Source of the DNA: Tubiluchus corallicola
Lineage: Eukaryota; Animalia; Priapulida
DNA: 47,036 bases
Assembly: GCA_030141605.1 (NCBI GenBank)
Contig: JAQGDQ010001328.1
Span: 1-47,036 of the forward strand
Direction of reading: 5' to 3'
In this document: positions 12,416 to 25,590 of the stretch, one piece after another
Position numbering within the stretch: the stretch's first letter is position 1
How the letters are laid out: every line of letters starts with the position of its first letter
Notes under the pieces: model-generated
The model's database searches: none
What the model was told of the DNA's origin: nothing
What the model saw: the letters and a program-made list of their open reading frames with translations, nothing else
Translations under genes and position numbers: made by a program

Positions 12416-13189
12416 GGATGCTGATTTTTGCACCACTGATTCAACAAATTAGAATTAAACTGATCGAAGTAAGTTTTGGAACTTTTAACTGCACAAATCA
12501 CAGTACTCGGTCTGAATAAAAAATGCTCTCCTTTTGCAGGAAACTATACCAGAAAGCTTTGCGCGCTTCACGACACTACATAAGCAGGTATTCATGTCTT
12601 TCGCGGCATTTCTTTTTAGAATTAGTTTGTATTGCGTGTAACAGGGTTAGTGGTGCGTTATATTCTTATGCTCTTCTACTGACCTATCAATCTTGTTCTA
12701 CTGACGTACAAGAGTATATATCTAAATTTCAAGAAGAAGTTTGCAGAGGGGGAGGAGCAATGCTTATCCTTTAACAGTTACAAATACACACTAGAAAAAC
12801 TCTCGTGTCGCAAATATTATAATTCAATATTCATCAGAATTTTTACCACAACTATAATAATAACTGTGTGTTACTGTAACTGTGTGTAGTGAATCAATCA
12901 TTTATTCGACTACCAGTACCCCAGCTGTACAAAAATTACTGTACATCATTACAAGTTTGGGTTTATTAACCTATACAATCGTATAGGAAGGTTTCTGGTT
13001 CTAAAGCTAAGGGTCCATATGCACGTGATGCTTAATGCATCATGCCTAATTGACGTTCCATATGTCCACGAATGCTTCGTATATTAAAAACGCTCTTGAA
13101 AAATGCATACAAGATTTTGAAAAACATTTTTCTATTAAAACTTCAGGGTGACTAACATGAAATAAAACAACTAAAATATTGTTGCAATC

Positions 13190-13500
13190 CTCTGGATACC
13201 ATTATTAGGCCTCTATTAATTTACTACGTATAAATGACCTTTTCCAAAAATGAAACACTGTCACTTAGAGATGCTAACACAGTCAGTTTCAAGGAAAGTA
13301 ATTTTTTGTTATTAGGCGCAAACTCAAGACGCAAACCTCAAACTCATATTACTACGGACAATGATATATACAAGAATACATACAATAAAATATTGGGGCT
13401 GGAATATAGACAACAAGTTAAATTGGTCACCACATTTCGAAATGGTAAGTTCAAAAATAAATAACTACAGAGAAAAACGTAATGCCTTTTATGGTTATTA
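13190..13500 (+). mobile_element. Degraded LINE RT fragment
   Basis: Frameshifted LGPLL..YINDL-like and LG..IDNKLNWSPH-like motifs. Confidence 0.55.
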
Positions 13501-13710
13501 AAGATTATAATATTTATTCAGTAGCATTCAGAAAATAACAGATAAAATGTTTAAACGATATGAAAAAATGTAAGAACATAAAAACAAAATTGTAGCCAAT
13601 CATCATTAGTTTGAATCATTTTAGCTACATTAAAAACAAACTTAGAACTAAACGTCATTGGTTCGTGTCATTTTAGCTACAATGTAGCTACATTTTGCTA
13701 CAATATTTAT

Positions 13711-14124
13711 CTACAATGTTCTGTTTGTTTGTTTGTACACAGTGTGCTTTGTAGAAAGACAAACTTTGCAACATTTACGCTTTTTGACTGTTTTAAGCTT
13801 TTCTGCTATTGCAAATTTGTTACAAGGGCCTGAAGAATGGTTTCGGTTGTTACCATATAGGCAAGGCATTTTAATGTGGTTACACCGTAATTTCTTTGCT
13901 TTGTTGTTATTGTTACCATTACTAGTGACACTTTTCACATCATTTGATTTGTAGCATTTAACGGGTTGCTTTGCTTTTTCAGATACAGATGCAGTCAGAG
14001 ATGCAGCCCAAAGGCATTCGATTTGATAACTTCTTTCTGTGTTTTCTACTTTTTCAGCTACAGAATCTGCACACATCAGGTTTATCTCAAGTTTAGTGCA
14101 AGTCGGTGGTTTTGTGTTTTCCAA
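13711..14124 (-). pseudogene. Second, diverged copy of the Gag zinc-knuckle region
   Basis: GNNNNKAK...IKMPCLYGNNRNHSSGPCNKF...EKLK.V.KRKCCKVCLSTKHT aligns with the C-terminus of 14874..15866. Confidence 0.8.
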
Positions 14125-14804
14125 GGATAAATCCCGGAAAGGCCGTCAAACCCAGGTTGAAAACAAAATAATGAGTTTTCTAAACAAATATTAGATTCAT
14201 TGTTTGCAACAAGGTTTGCGTGGTCTGGGTCTTCAACTACCCCTCCAAGTATGTAGCCTAAAAGGCTTGCATGCAGGAAGGGGCCGGGTGACACTTCGTG
14301 TTTTTCTGCTCCTAGAATTTTGAGGTAATTGCCACACCCAATTAAGAACTGTACGTCACCTCCATGATTCCCATTAGGGAGAGTGCCAGCTAGGGAGCCC
14401 TCCCACAGTTTGAGTTTTGAAAGTACATGAGATGGAAGACAGGGACGTCCTCTGAACTTCGCAATGAACGGGATTACCCGTACATCAAGGTGAATCCTAG
14501 TACAGTTGTCTTTACTGAACAAGGCAACTTTTGCTTGATGACACCGTACTGGGACATATGGGACATACCCGTCATGGGCAAATGTAGAAACATTCACATA
14601 ACTAGGATTTTCCAGTTTCAGATTTAATTGTTTTGCTAATGACTCTGTAATGTATGTGCTATTACTACCTGAATCCATCAAACCGCTAACTGTAATGCCT
14701 GATTTAGAATTATTTGAGACTTCAGAGTGACACATTCTCACTAAAACTGTCTGCATAAGTTCAACTTCTGTGCCAGAATTAAACATAACAGAATCACTGA
14801 GCAA
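14082..14804 (-). pseudogene. Bel/Pao aspartic protease (DUF1758-like)
   Basis: LMQTVLV...GLMDSGSNSTYIT..LA..L.L...FLIG...SLLGYILGG; same frame as gag. Confidence 0.85.
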
Positions 14805-14873
14805 ATTTTGTTCTAATTTTGCCTTGACAATTCTATTATTTTCAACTTTGTCACAAAGTGAAACATGATGTTC

Positions 14874-15866
14874 TTAGCCACACACAAAACATGTAAATTG
14901 GCAGTCGGCTTCAGTGTGTTTTCTAGAAAGACAGACTTTGTAACGTTTACGCTTTTCTACTACTTTAAGTTTTTCTTCTATGGAAAACTTGTTGCAAAGG
15001 CCTGAAGAGTGTTTCCGGTTGTCACAATATAGACAAGGCATTTTAATGCGGTTATTCTGTGACCTCTTTGCCTTGTCGTTATTGTTACCATTACCAGTAA
15101 CTCTTTCTGAACTTTTTGGTTTGTAACTTTTAGCATGTTTTGATTTTTCAGCTGCAGATGTAGTGAGAGACAACTCAGAGTTAGAAACCATGTCAACTGC
15201 ATTGTATAGAGGGAATGTACTGTCGCCTGCTGTAAGAACAATTTCTTTAATCTGAACAGATGCTGGTCTGCGATTGTTTCTACTAATGGGTTTCTTTGAA
15301 ATGTCTTTAAGGCTTTGAAGCCCACACTCATTAGTAGAAATCTCAAAGTTGTTCATATACTGATACATAGTATCTATTAATCTCTCTAATTGCCAATTAG
15401 AACCAGGAGTAGCATTTAGACAAAGGTTTCTAAACTGAAAACCCATAACTATGCGAAGTTTCTTAAGAATGCCTGAGACAATGTATTGATCGTCGACTGG
15501 ACGACGTAACGCTGTCAATGACCTTATAATGACCTCTATGTCATCAAGAAACCTTCGTAAATCTTTGGCGGTGTTCTTGACAGGTTCTATGTCGTCAAAT
15601 TGTTTCAGATAATTTGTCACCATGTGATCAGTTCTGCCAAAGCGTTTCATCAAGTGACCAACAGCAGCAGGATAGTTATTGGCAGTTTTACGGTACGTCT
15701 TGTTCATTCTATATGCATTCCCTTTCAAGTAACCCAACAAATAATTGAACTTTTTACTGTCAGTTAAATCGGGCCTTGAGTATATTACATCATTAAAAAC
15801 ACTCCAAAATTCCTCAAAATCATAATCACCCTCCCCCGAAAAGGTTGGCAATTTAAATTTTGGCAA
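14874..15866 (-). pseudogene. Bel/Pao Gag core with zinc knuckles
   Basis: LPKFKLPTFSG...FWSVF..VI.SRPDLTDSKKFNYLLGYLKGNA; CLYC...H....C, (C>Y)KVC....H....C, CFVCG*EHHVSLC. A single in-frame TAA at 14874-14876 separates it from the protease frame. Confidence 0.88.
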
Positions 15867-18109
15867 TCTGGTGTCCTTGTGCTAACCACTGTGAGTTTGA
15901 GCTGCTATGGTGTTTGAGCAGAGAAGGGATTCATGCCTTCATATGCATGTGAGGTACTTGGTAGATAAGGGGGTACAACTGTATTAAATACTGAGTGTGC
16001 AGGCAAATATTGGTAATGACTAGATGGTACAGTATTATTAACAATATTGCTACCTGGTACAGTATACACAGTGCCTGCATGACTAATGTTCCAGGGATCA
16101 GCTGATATCTGTGCATTTAGCTGTGATGTCATATTAGCAAATGCTGCTGACTAGCAGGTGGTTGAACCACTGAGGCATTAGAAAATCGTGGCATCACAAG
16201 GTACTGAACCAGAATGATTTGCGCAATGTGATGTAACAGGCGTTGAATGAAAGGAATTTGTAACATGTGATGACACTGGTATGGAATGAAATGGGTTTGT
16301 AGAGTAACCTGGGACTCCTATATTTACTGCACTTAATTCGTTTACAGCAGGTATTGCAAGTAGCCTTGGCACAACAGAAACAGGTGTGCTTGATACTACA
16401 GGTACAGGATCACTGACCTTCAAGTGACAGGTTTCTAGAGACCTAATTTTGGCTTCAATCTTAGAACTAAGTTCAGACAAATTTCTGGTCAATGTTGTTT
16501 TTGAAGCAAGAAATTCTTTAACTTCATCTAAATGGGAACTATCATCTGAACTACAATAAATATATGATAGCTTGTCATACAGCTCTGTGACCATTTCAGT
16601 TTAAAATCTCAAATCAGTAATTGCAGCATTACATCTGTCAACAAAGTTTTGATAATTAGCAATACATTTGTCAAATTCTAAGTCTAACAATGTAGTACAT
16701 GTGAAAAACACCTCACCTTAGTGCTGTGAGTTTATTTTCAAGTTCTGGATCAGTATCTTCAACTCCAGCTGGTGTCCATGTATAGGATTTTTGTCTGGAA
16801 CCATCTTAGGAATTGCTTCTGTTTCAGCTATTGGGGTGGCTCCATGTACTTGGGCAGCTGGAATATGTAGATGCAGCTCATATTGCAGTTTTCCGTCGTC
16901 TGAGCCCTCAGTACCATGGTCCATATTAGTAATTGTGATGAGTCCTTGCTTGATTGAATTGGTTGGAACGGATGTCCAGTTCTTATGCCATGACCTTTGG
17001 GGTTACCCTCCCACATCGGCGTGTAAAGAATAGTCTTGTCGCTTGTGGTCTTAGTGGTGGCTATGCCAAAACAAATTTAACTTGCAGTTGTCTGGATTCC
17101 AAATTACCAGTGAAAATACCATCATATATTAAAGACTCTATGATAACAGGAACAGAGTAACCTGTAACACTTGGTTTGTAGCTTGTAGATAGCAAACTGA
17201 TTTTTTTTTCAAAATAGTCCTAGCACAATTTCCTTGGTTCCATAAACTTGTAGAAAATGAAGAATTTCGGCGATCAAGTTTAGACTGTATACAGAGAAAT
17301 AAACCAGTTTTATAGATGAAATTTAGTAAGTTGTTGTATAAGATTTTAGTTTAATATTTTAGGAAGAGAACGTAATCATATGTATTCAAGGATGCATGCA
17401 TGTACAATAATGCAGTTGATAGTATTAATGTTATTGATAATAACAATGATTAATTATTACAAACTAATAATCAATTAAATAAAATCAGTACACAGCTGCT
17501 GTGTGTGTGAAAGACTGAGTGGCCTTAATCTAAAGGTAAGTTTACAGGTAAGAGATTGGTCACATAACCAGTTCAAAAGGAAACCAATTTATATCAGAAA
17601 AGAGGGGGCAATACAAGCTGAACAAATGCATCACGATAATAATCTAGTCCTAGTAAGTCGTGCAATTTACAACGTCAAAATGTATGTATGTATGTATTTA
17701 AAAAAAATGTAAAAAATTTTTTGTAATCTATCAATAAAAAACATTTGTGAAAATGCATTTATCGAACTTTGGCGTTTGAAATAAAACCAGACAATAATTA
17801 AATGTCATTTAAAATAAACCAGACAATAATTAAATCTCCATATATCAACAAACACACGGGGGTTTGTAAAAAGACAAGAGAAGTGGTCGCGGAGAATTCA
17901 AAGTGTCGGCGCCGACGCAGAGAAGAGAAGTGGTCGTGGAGAATTCACTGTCACCTCGGCAGATAGCCTAAAAAGATTTCCCTCATTGACGAAGGTTTGG
18001 TACCGAGGACGGCAAGAGAGAGCAGGATGCCCAGCCATATAAGCAGGTGAGAATTTAAGACAAAAGACTTTAATTTAAAAAAATTAAAGTCAGTGGCTTG
18101 TCAGCACCA

Positions 18110-18570
18110 CTTCCGTAAACTGTATTTCTGTATAACTCTGAGCTCTGGACATTAAAAGCAAATCATAAAGCTGAAATCGATGGGTTTCAAAGGCGAAATT
18201 ACAGAAACGTTTTTAGTATTAGATGGCCAAAGAAAATTTCAAACAAAGATCTATATGAAAAAATAAAAGAAGAACCTTGGACAAGAAAAATAAAAAGACG
18301 ACGTTTAAGATGGATTGGTTTTATGCTTAGACTACCTGATGACGTTCCAGTGAAGATAGCTCTTCAACAAGCCATAGAACCTGCTAAAAAACCTGCAGGA
18401 GGACAAATGTTAACATACTTAGATTTTGAACAGAAAGATTTAAGCACTTCAGCATTGATCCTTAGAAACAAATGCACTTGGGGCATTGCAGCGTGTAGGG
18501 AGTCCTGGCATAGAGAGGTGAGCAGAATCATGTTCCTGGACGTTTGATTCAGTGAAGAAGAAGAAGATCG
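18110..18570 (+). mobile_element. 5'-truncated RTE-clade LINE 3' end
   Basis: LYNSELWTL...IDGFQRR..R.VF.IRWPKKISN.DLY...IKRRRLRWIG.MLR; ends in a (GAA)n tail. Confidence 0.85.
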
Positions 18571-18714
18571 GCGAGAAAAGTGGTCGTGGAGAATGGCCGG
18601 CGCCGCTCCGGCAGAGTCCCGGGAAAAACGATTTCCCTCATTGCCGACGACCGCGGAGGGGTGGTTTGGCGGGGATTCCGGGTAGGGTCCCCAACCCCCT
18701 CCTAGATCCGCCCC

Positions 18715-18785
18715 TTAATTAGCAGAACAATAGACTAATTAGCTAAAACAACAGACTAATTAGCATAACAATAGATATTAATTGG
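18715..18785. repeat. ~21-bp tandem repeat, 3 copies
   Basis: taattagc..aacaa.aga repeated three times. Confidence 0.7.
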
Positions 18786-19029
18786 GCTATTACAGGATAA
18801 TTAAATCACGTGAAAAGAGACAGTCCTTACTACTGACGAGACTTTACAGTACAGCTGGATAGTTGTCTATCTTGATTGTCAAAGCTTCACTAAATTTAGC
18901 CAAAGGAGTACAGTAAGAAGTTCAAGAATTGCCGTTCTTTTGTTTATTTTCAGAATTCAGAAAAGCTTCAAATGTTTGTGCCCTGTGTTGAGCGTCTTTG
19001 CGCATGCGCACTGTAAAGACAACTGTGAA

Positions 19030-19365
19030 AGCAGACGCTAATGAACTAATTAGAAGCCAGGAGTTTGTTTGCAAAAACTATGACGAGATAATAAAGCAAA
19101 ACGAGAAGGACAGAGAAACTATAGCCACTCTTGCACAAGAAAACACAATTTTGAAAACAAATGTAGCCAAATTAGAAGTACAGTTGCCTAGTACTGAAAA
19201 ATGTAGATGATACAGAGTAGTGAGATAGGAGAGACATGCTAGAAATTACTGGGATTCCTCAGGCACAACAAGAATGTACTAACGACATTCTCGAGAGACT
19301 TTGTGAAGAGCTAAATGCACATTTGGGTCAAGTTGCTATAGCAACTTCTCATCGCCTGCAAAGAC
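19030..19365 (+). mobile_element. L2/CR1-type LINE ORF1 fragment
   Basis: SQEFVCKNYD, a coiled-coil stretch, then RRDMLEITGIP...IATSHRL in a broken frame. Confidence 0.7.
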
Positions 19366-19419
19366 CAAGGTTATGAGTGCCTGCACCTTTTATAGTAAAT
19401 AGGGTGAATTCAACTAGAA

Positions 19420-21730
19420 CAATGTCCAAAATGGCGGATGCTAATAAAAATGATTTCCAGTACTATAGGGAGCGTACTTTAATAATTGAAAATGTGGAAG
19501 ACAGAAGCTTAGTGAATATTAGCTTAAGCCTTAAGAAAAATCTATGTGCATATTTCTCGAACAAAGTTTGAATTAGCATATAGAACAGCAAGAGGAAATA
19601 TACAAATTCAGTGAGCAAATGAAACAAATGCTGATGAAATGCTTCCTCAAATGAAATCCTAAAATAAATGGCTTTAAGGATGAGACACTTTGGTTTATAG
19701 GTCCAAATATATTTTTAATTGCTCGTATTGTTAAATCCTGTGTTATTGCATAGCAGTTCTCTCATCGCATCTCATCTTCCATGTTAATTACAACCAGAAG
19801 CACATTAAGCTACCTCTTATAAAAATCTCCAACAATATAATTTTGTTGCCTGTATCGTTTAATCTGAGAACAAAAATTATAATTAGAAACCCATTGTGTG
19901 AGGAGAAGGAACCTACAAAAATTTTCAAATATGATGTAATCGTTCCTTAGTGTAGCAGTTTCTCGGGGATCTACGCAAAATGCAACAAACATATGAGGAG
20001 GCCTCGCGAGGATCCCAAAACGCTGCTTAATCAGAGATCTCGGCACAAACCTCAGAATTGCAGATATACTCAGTGACATCACAAAATACTACAAATTATT
20101 CAAGATGGATAGATTTAAGATCAAACATGGCAAAATTCTTCCATGGCAAAGATTATGTTAGACGGTTTATTTATGGGGCAAATGAATTGCAGTGTAGAAG
20201 AATTTGATCACCGCTAAGATGTTGCAACTGCCAATGGTATAAGCATGTAGCGAAGTGGTGTACTAAGAATGTAAAATGTGGTAAGTGCGCTGAGAAACAT
20301 AATACTAAAGACTGTAAGTCGGAACGGTTTAAATGTGCACACTGTGGTGAAGCTCACCCAGTATGGAGTAGAGATTGTTCAGCATACATAACAGAGTCAA
20401 ATCAACTGAATTCGTACTGATATGGACTCAAACTCATCACGTGTTGACACCATAGGAAACCAAAGTGGCAGGCAGGCTGAGCTCTATTCGGAAACTATAA
20501 AACTCTGCCAAATATATATTAACTCTTTGGCGCATAGATCACGTTTAGCTCTCGATAAATATGCAGACGATAATAAGTTCGATATAATCGCATTACAAGA
20601 ATCAAAACTTACGCAGCAGGATGATCTAAACAGCAGACTAAATAATAATAAAACCTTTTTGAAGGTCAGTAATAACCCACACTCAGGTGGTGTAGCGTTA
20701 TGTGTGAGGAATGATCTGGAGCAACACGGTAACTATTCCCAATGAAAATCCTGATTTGGACGCAATATGGTCTATTGTGAAACTTAAATCAGTCAAGTTG
20801 TTAATATGTTCTGTTTACATCATACCTAACTCGCCAGAAACCATGAAAAAATGGCTAGTTGAGTACAAAAAAGCAAGCGATTTTGCAAAACAACATTGAA
20901 TTCACTACACACTTGCTATGGGCAACTTTAATGCGCGAAATGTAATCTGGGACAGAACTGATAATGAGCATGGTAAACTACTGCTAAATTTTCTGTAAGA
21001 TAAAAATGGGGAATTTGAAACAATGGCATCTAACGAACCAACACTTAACTCTATCATCGGAAACAGTGTAATTGGCCTAATACTAGCATCACACGGATTA
21101 GCCATATCCGATTGTCATCAAACAGTAAATAATGATATCGAGCTTTTTAATGGTGCTCCCCATAGTCAATACCCCATAGTAACGGTATTAGAGTGTCGAT
21201 ATTATATTGTACAAAACCGTCTTTAGTGGCTTCCACATAGACAGTGCAACATTCAACCAAGCATGTTTCAATGAGTATGTCACTTTACACAACGCAACTG
21301 GATGAAGTTGATAAAGTAATAAAGAGCACACAAATGTACAACAAAAGCATTAACACCGAATAATGCCATCTACGGACGTTACGTCACTGGAGCTTTTAAC
21401 CCTAAGCAACATTTACGAAATTAGTAAAAATATGTTTAGAACAAAATGCGTGGCCATGGCAAAATGCAAAGGTTGTGTTCTTCAAGAAAGTAACTAAGGA
21501 TGATTATACTAACCCCAACAATTATAGGTCGTTTATTTCTACTTTCTATTTTGGCAAACTGGATGAAAAGCTTCTAGAAAACAGATTGCGATTGTTTCTT
21601 AGTGAAAATATATTGTTAGATGTTGATCAAGAATTATTTCGACCAAGGGGAAGTAAAATACGATATCTGACGAAACTAATTCCAAAACTGCAAATTAAAC
21701 TAATCGAGAAAAAAGGCCGAAGCCTTGATT
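19420..21730 (+). mobile_element. Degraded I/Nimb/Jockey-group LINE: ORF1 with three CCHC knuckles, APE and start of RT
   Basis: RCCNCQWYKHVAKWC..KCGKCAEKHNTKDC..KCAHCGEAH (~20210-20380); DIIALQES, GGVAL, ICSVYI.P, MGNFNA (APE); NYRS..GKL.EKLL..RL...DQ..FR (RT). Confidence 0.85.
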
Positions 21731-23623
21731 AATAAATTTTGCTCTTTCTTTTCTTTTTTCCCAAAAACATGACATTCCGTCTAAACAATAAAAAGTTTAT
21801 GCCAAAAAATACCAATAACCAAAAGATCAATAATTATACATAATTTAGCAGTTTTTACTCTACATCTTTGCAGTAATTTTTGACTAATTAGTAATTTATC
21901 TAAATAACTAATTTTAAAAGTAATAAAGGAAAATACATATATTATTCCCCCCCCCCAAGTCATGAGCTTTCTAGACACACAACACGACAATATTTTAACA
22001 CTTTATAGATTGTCTTGTGTTAACAAAATTCAGTGCACTCAACCAGATCGCACTGATCATGTGATCAGTCGTAAAATCGCCACAAGGTGGCCAAAGCAGA
22101 CAACAAGAGAATGCTGCTAACTATGTTAAATTTCCAGTACAGCTATCATTTTTCATTATTATATTATCAGTTTGTTAGCATTTTCTTTGTTTCACCCCAG
22201 GTTAAATCGTTGCTAGCTTTTCTTGTAGTAACTTTTGTTAAATGTTTCCAAAGTTTTCTAACTTCTAAGGTTTTTCGCCACCCTTAATAACTTATTTTGC
22301 CACGTGCACGATATTTTCGTGTGTTAAAAGAGAAAAACAAATTGATCTGAATCTGAATCCGAATCTATTTAGCTAAGAAGGCCCACCTCTTCTAAACATT
22401 AATGCTAGTGAGAATGTGTCAATTCCACTGTTCATCCATCAGGACAGTTGTCTTCTTTAGTGGCACTTCACTCTAAGGCCCTAAAGCAGTTTTGCAAAGT
22501 TTAAAGTTTTCTGCATCTACGTCGTTTTTTTTCCAGTACCAAGCCTTAATTAGAGCCTATAACCTACACAATGCGGATATTAGAGCACTAAAGGTCTAGC
22601 CTGATATGTTTACTGTTGCTGTAACAATTACCTGAAACAATGACGAACTCATCACTGCTAGGGTAAACCTACCGCGACAATCAAATTTGCAAGTCTGTTT
22701 GATCTCGCTGGCAGTTCAAGGTGCAATTGTATAAATTTTGGCCGGACTTGCTTTGAAAAACTGCATAATACTAAAAATCATTAAAAATCACCAGATAACA
22801 AGTCCAAGAACAATAAATTGTTTTTATAACAAACAGTTAATTCTGTTAAAGGTTAATTACTGCGCTGGAGGTTCTAGTGCTAAACTCAGAATGTAACGTG
22901 ATTAAAATGAATATAGACATATTGTCTATTGCAATAATTACAAAAGCCTTGATCACAGCACATCCAAGTAATATAGAAAGCATTATTTGCTTTTCCTGAA
23001 TTTTTAATCGTGTGCATACGGAGCTCTTCGCCATTCTTGTCTGTTTGCTTTTAAGTCAAGCACTCCCCATATGTAGGCCCAATTTTGCTTCTACATGTTT
23101 CTTGTTTTTTATTTATTATCTTTTCCCTTTTTCCAATAATAACTTTGAATCATAATTACGACATTTGGAGGACGCAAGTATGTCGATTTTTGTCGTGTGC
23201 TCTTATCGTACAAAATATCCTATGAAAATCCTTAATTAGAATTTAGAGATACACACAATATTTGTGAGCACTCTATAAAAGAGTCTTTCATGCTTATAAG
23301 AGCAGTAGAATTTTGGTAATGTAGCCAACCCGTGCAGCTTTGGTAATAATTTTCAAAAAAATAACTAAAAGACATTTTAGCGAACGTCCATAAGAGCACT
23401 GTTTCAGCAAGATATGATCAGTGGTATATATAATGCATACGTGTATACACGTGTATATATATGTATAACACCACAATAGTAACAGATCTGTGATTGTAAT
23501 GGAGAAAACCCAGAAGTCTAAGCACTTTTACTCCAAATACTACTAACATTCACATACAAGTTTACATTCACATACAAAAATGCAGTTTCTACCACTAGGT
23601 GGCAGCCTGGTGGCAAAGTGATT

Positions 23624-23626
23624 CAC

Positions 23627-23666
<40 letters not shown>

Positions 23667-23704
23667 ACACGCGCACGCACGCACACAGACACACACACAC
23701 ACAT
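23624..23704. repeat. (CA)n microsatellite, interrupted
   Basis: Direct observation. Confidence 0.93.
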
Positions 23705-24120
23705 CAAATGCCTTTGTTTTTTGATAAAAACTGTAGTCTCATCTACTAACAGGCATGGTAAACCTGGTAAATGTTGTTTGTTTTTCATAACATTTCACAG
23801 GACAGGAAAAAAGAATAAATAACAGGTGAGCATGTTTTCTTATCAAACTTACGTTCAATAATAATTTTACCATAAACGAGAAAAGCACTTTCTTCAATGC
23901 CAAAGCTTTATTGATAAATGTAAAATCCATTGAATCACATTACCGTGACACACAGTAGTTAACGGTAAAATTTCCCGCATTCCAAGAAAACTACATAACA
24001 GATTTCACCGTTACGCTTGAGCAAAAATCTGTCATGCGCATTCAAAGAACTACGATTTTACAATGAGCGTTGCTTTTTAACTACTGAATATGTTTAGTTA
24101 ACCTATTTTTGTAGTGCAAC

Positions 24121-25374
24121 ATGCGTTACATAAAAAAATATTTAAATGAATCAATTTTGGGCAAAGCGACTTTTGCAAAGAATATATTATTTTTTGCCAT
24201 TTTTGTAGTTTACAGCTTTATCAGCTGGCATACATCTCAAGAGACTAAAACAACGGATAAGTTTCTACATACTGTGTGCGATGGGCAGGATGCAAAAGCA
24301 GAGCCCAAATTAAAAAGACACCGACTTGAGACAACAAAACTTATTTTATTCTGGAATAAATTACACGGCAGTGAAGATTTTAGATGGGGACTTGGCAGGA
24401 AGCCTTTTCTTGAGAACTGTCCACTTGATTCTTCCTACTGTGAAACTACAAACAATCGCAATCTATTGGCTAAAAGCAGTGCTGTTGTTATTCATCCATT
24501 TGATGATTACCTCAAACCCAGTCTTGTAGAACGACTAGAAGGGCAAAAATGGGTTTTGTATTTAGTAGAATCACCACATTATACGAAAGCAAATTTAAGC
24601 GAATTGGATGGCTTCATACATTGGACAATGACGTATAGATTAGATTCTGATATAGTGTTAAAATATGGAGATATAATCAGACGTGCTCCGGGAGAACAAT
24701 ACGTGTTTGGTCAACATAGAAGACACAGAAAGTCTAGACTTGTTGCTTGGTTTGTAAGTCATTGTGAAACAGCAAGTTTAAGAGAACATTACGTGTATCA
24801 TTTGATGAAGTTTATTGCTGTTGATATATACGGGAAATGTCGAAATGGAAGCGAAAAGTTGAATACTCGGAAAGCATACAAGTTTTTGCAAGCTAATTAC
24901 AAGTTCTACTTGGCTTTTGAGAACTCCGTGTGTAATGATTATATTACAGAAAAAGTTTATGCCACGCTGCAATATGACGTTGTGCCAATAGTTTTAGGTG
25001 GTGCAAACTACACCCACTTTCTTCCTCCAAATTCCTACATCAACGTGGATGACTTTGCCACACCAGAAATGCTGGCAAAATTCTTACAAAGTATGACAGA
25101 GGAAGAATATAGTAAATACTTTTTGTGGAAAATAAATTACAAAGCGACTTTGATGTTTCCAACATTCAGGAATTATTACACGGTGCGTTTAAACCACAGA
25201 CAAGACTTTTGGTGTGAGTTGTGTAAAAAACTTCACAAACAAAATGTAGTGTTTAACAAAAAAGAAATTAATAGAAATTGCCTTGGCGCCTACACATCCG
25301 TAAGTGCATGGTGGAACAATAATCAATGCTACGGCGAGAAATATGCGAGTTTAGTCTCACTTAACAGCCCATAA
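24121..25374 (+). CDS. Alpha-1,3-fucosyltransferase (glycosyltransferase family 10, FucTC-like), 417 aa, single coding exon
   Basis: N-terminal TM segment (ILFFAIFVVYSFI); ESP, WTMTYRLDSDI, VAWFVSHC, YKFYLAFENSVCNDYITEK, VVPIVLGG, PPNSYINVDDF, CELC. Acceptor-like ctatttttgtag ends 6 nt before the ATG. Confidence 0.95.
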   Translation: MRYIKKYLNESILGKATFAKNILFFAIFVVYSFISWHTSQETKTTDKFLHTVCDGQDAKAEPKLKRHRLETTKLILFWNKLHGSEDFRWGLGRKPFLENCPLDSSYCETTNNRNLLAKSSAVVIHPFDDYLKPSLVERLEGQKWVLYLVESPHYTKANLSELDGFIHWTMTYRLDSDIVLKYGDIIRRAPGEQYVFGQHRRHRKSRLVAWFVSHCETASLREHYVYHLMKFIAVDIYGKCRNGSEKLNTRKAYKFLQANYKFYLAFENSVCNDYITEKVYATLQYDVVPIVLGGANYTHFLPPNSYINVDDFATPEMLAKFLQSMTEEEYSKYFLWKINYKATLMFPTFRNYYTVRLNHRQDFWCELCKKLHKQNVVFNKKEINRNCLGAYTSVSAWWNNNQCYGEKYASLVSLNSP

Positions 25375-25523
25375 TTTAACTGAAAATATTTAACATGAAG
25401 CAGACTAATGTAGATTATTAGTTCTAATCTCTCGTGACAGTTCTAATCTGCTCTGTTAAATTGCTGCAATTTTGGAGGCAAGTTTCAATTTAGATGAAAT
25501 CGAGAGTATGTTTTTTGTGTTCA

Positions 25524-25590
25524 GGGTTTGGTGGCTGAGTGGCTTAGATCTTTTGGTTTGCACTCTTTGAGTTCGAGACTGGCGACTGCA
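25524..25590 (+). mobile_element. Degenerate tRNA-derived SINE head
   Basis: A-box-like TGGCTGAGTGG and B-box-like GAGTTCGAGAC at tRNA-like spacing. Confidence 0.4.

Larger units (their letters stand above)
13711..17250 (-). mobile_element. Bel/Pao LTR-retrotransposon remnant (gag-protease; no RT, RNase H or integrase seen)
   Basis: DUF1759-type gag core, Cys/His knuckles, Bel-type aspartic protease and broken upstream gag N-terminal ORFs (15905-17016). Paired LTRs not identified. Confidence 0.85.

Noticed and set aside
17286-17672. 5' LTR and primer-binding site of the Bel/Pao element
   Set aside because: TGT...ACA bounds are possible, but there is no second copy near 13.2-13.7 kb and only a poor PBS match.
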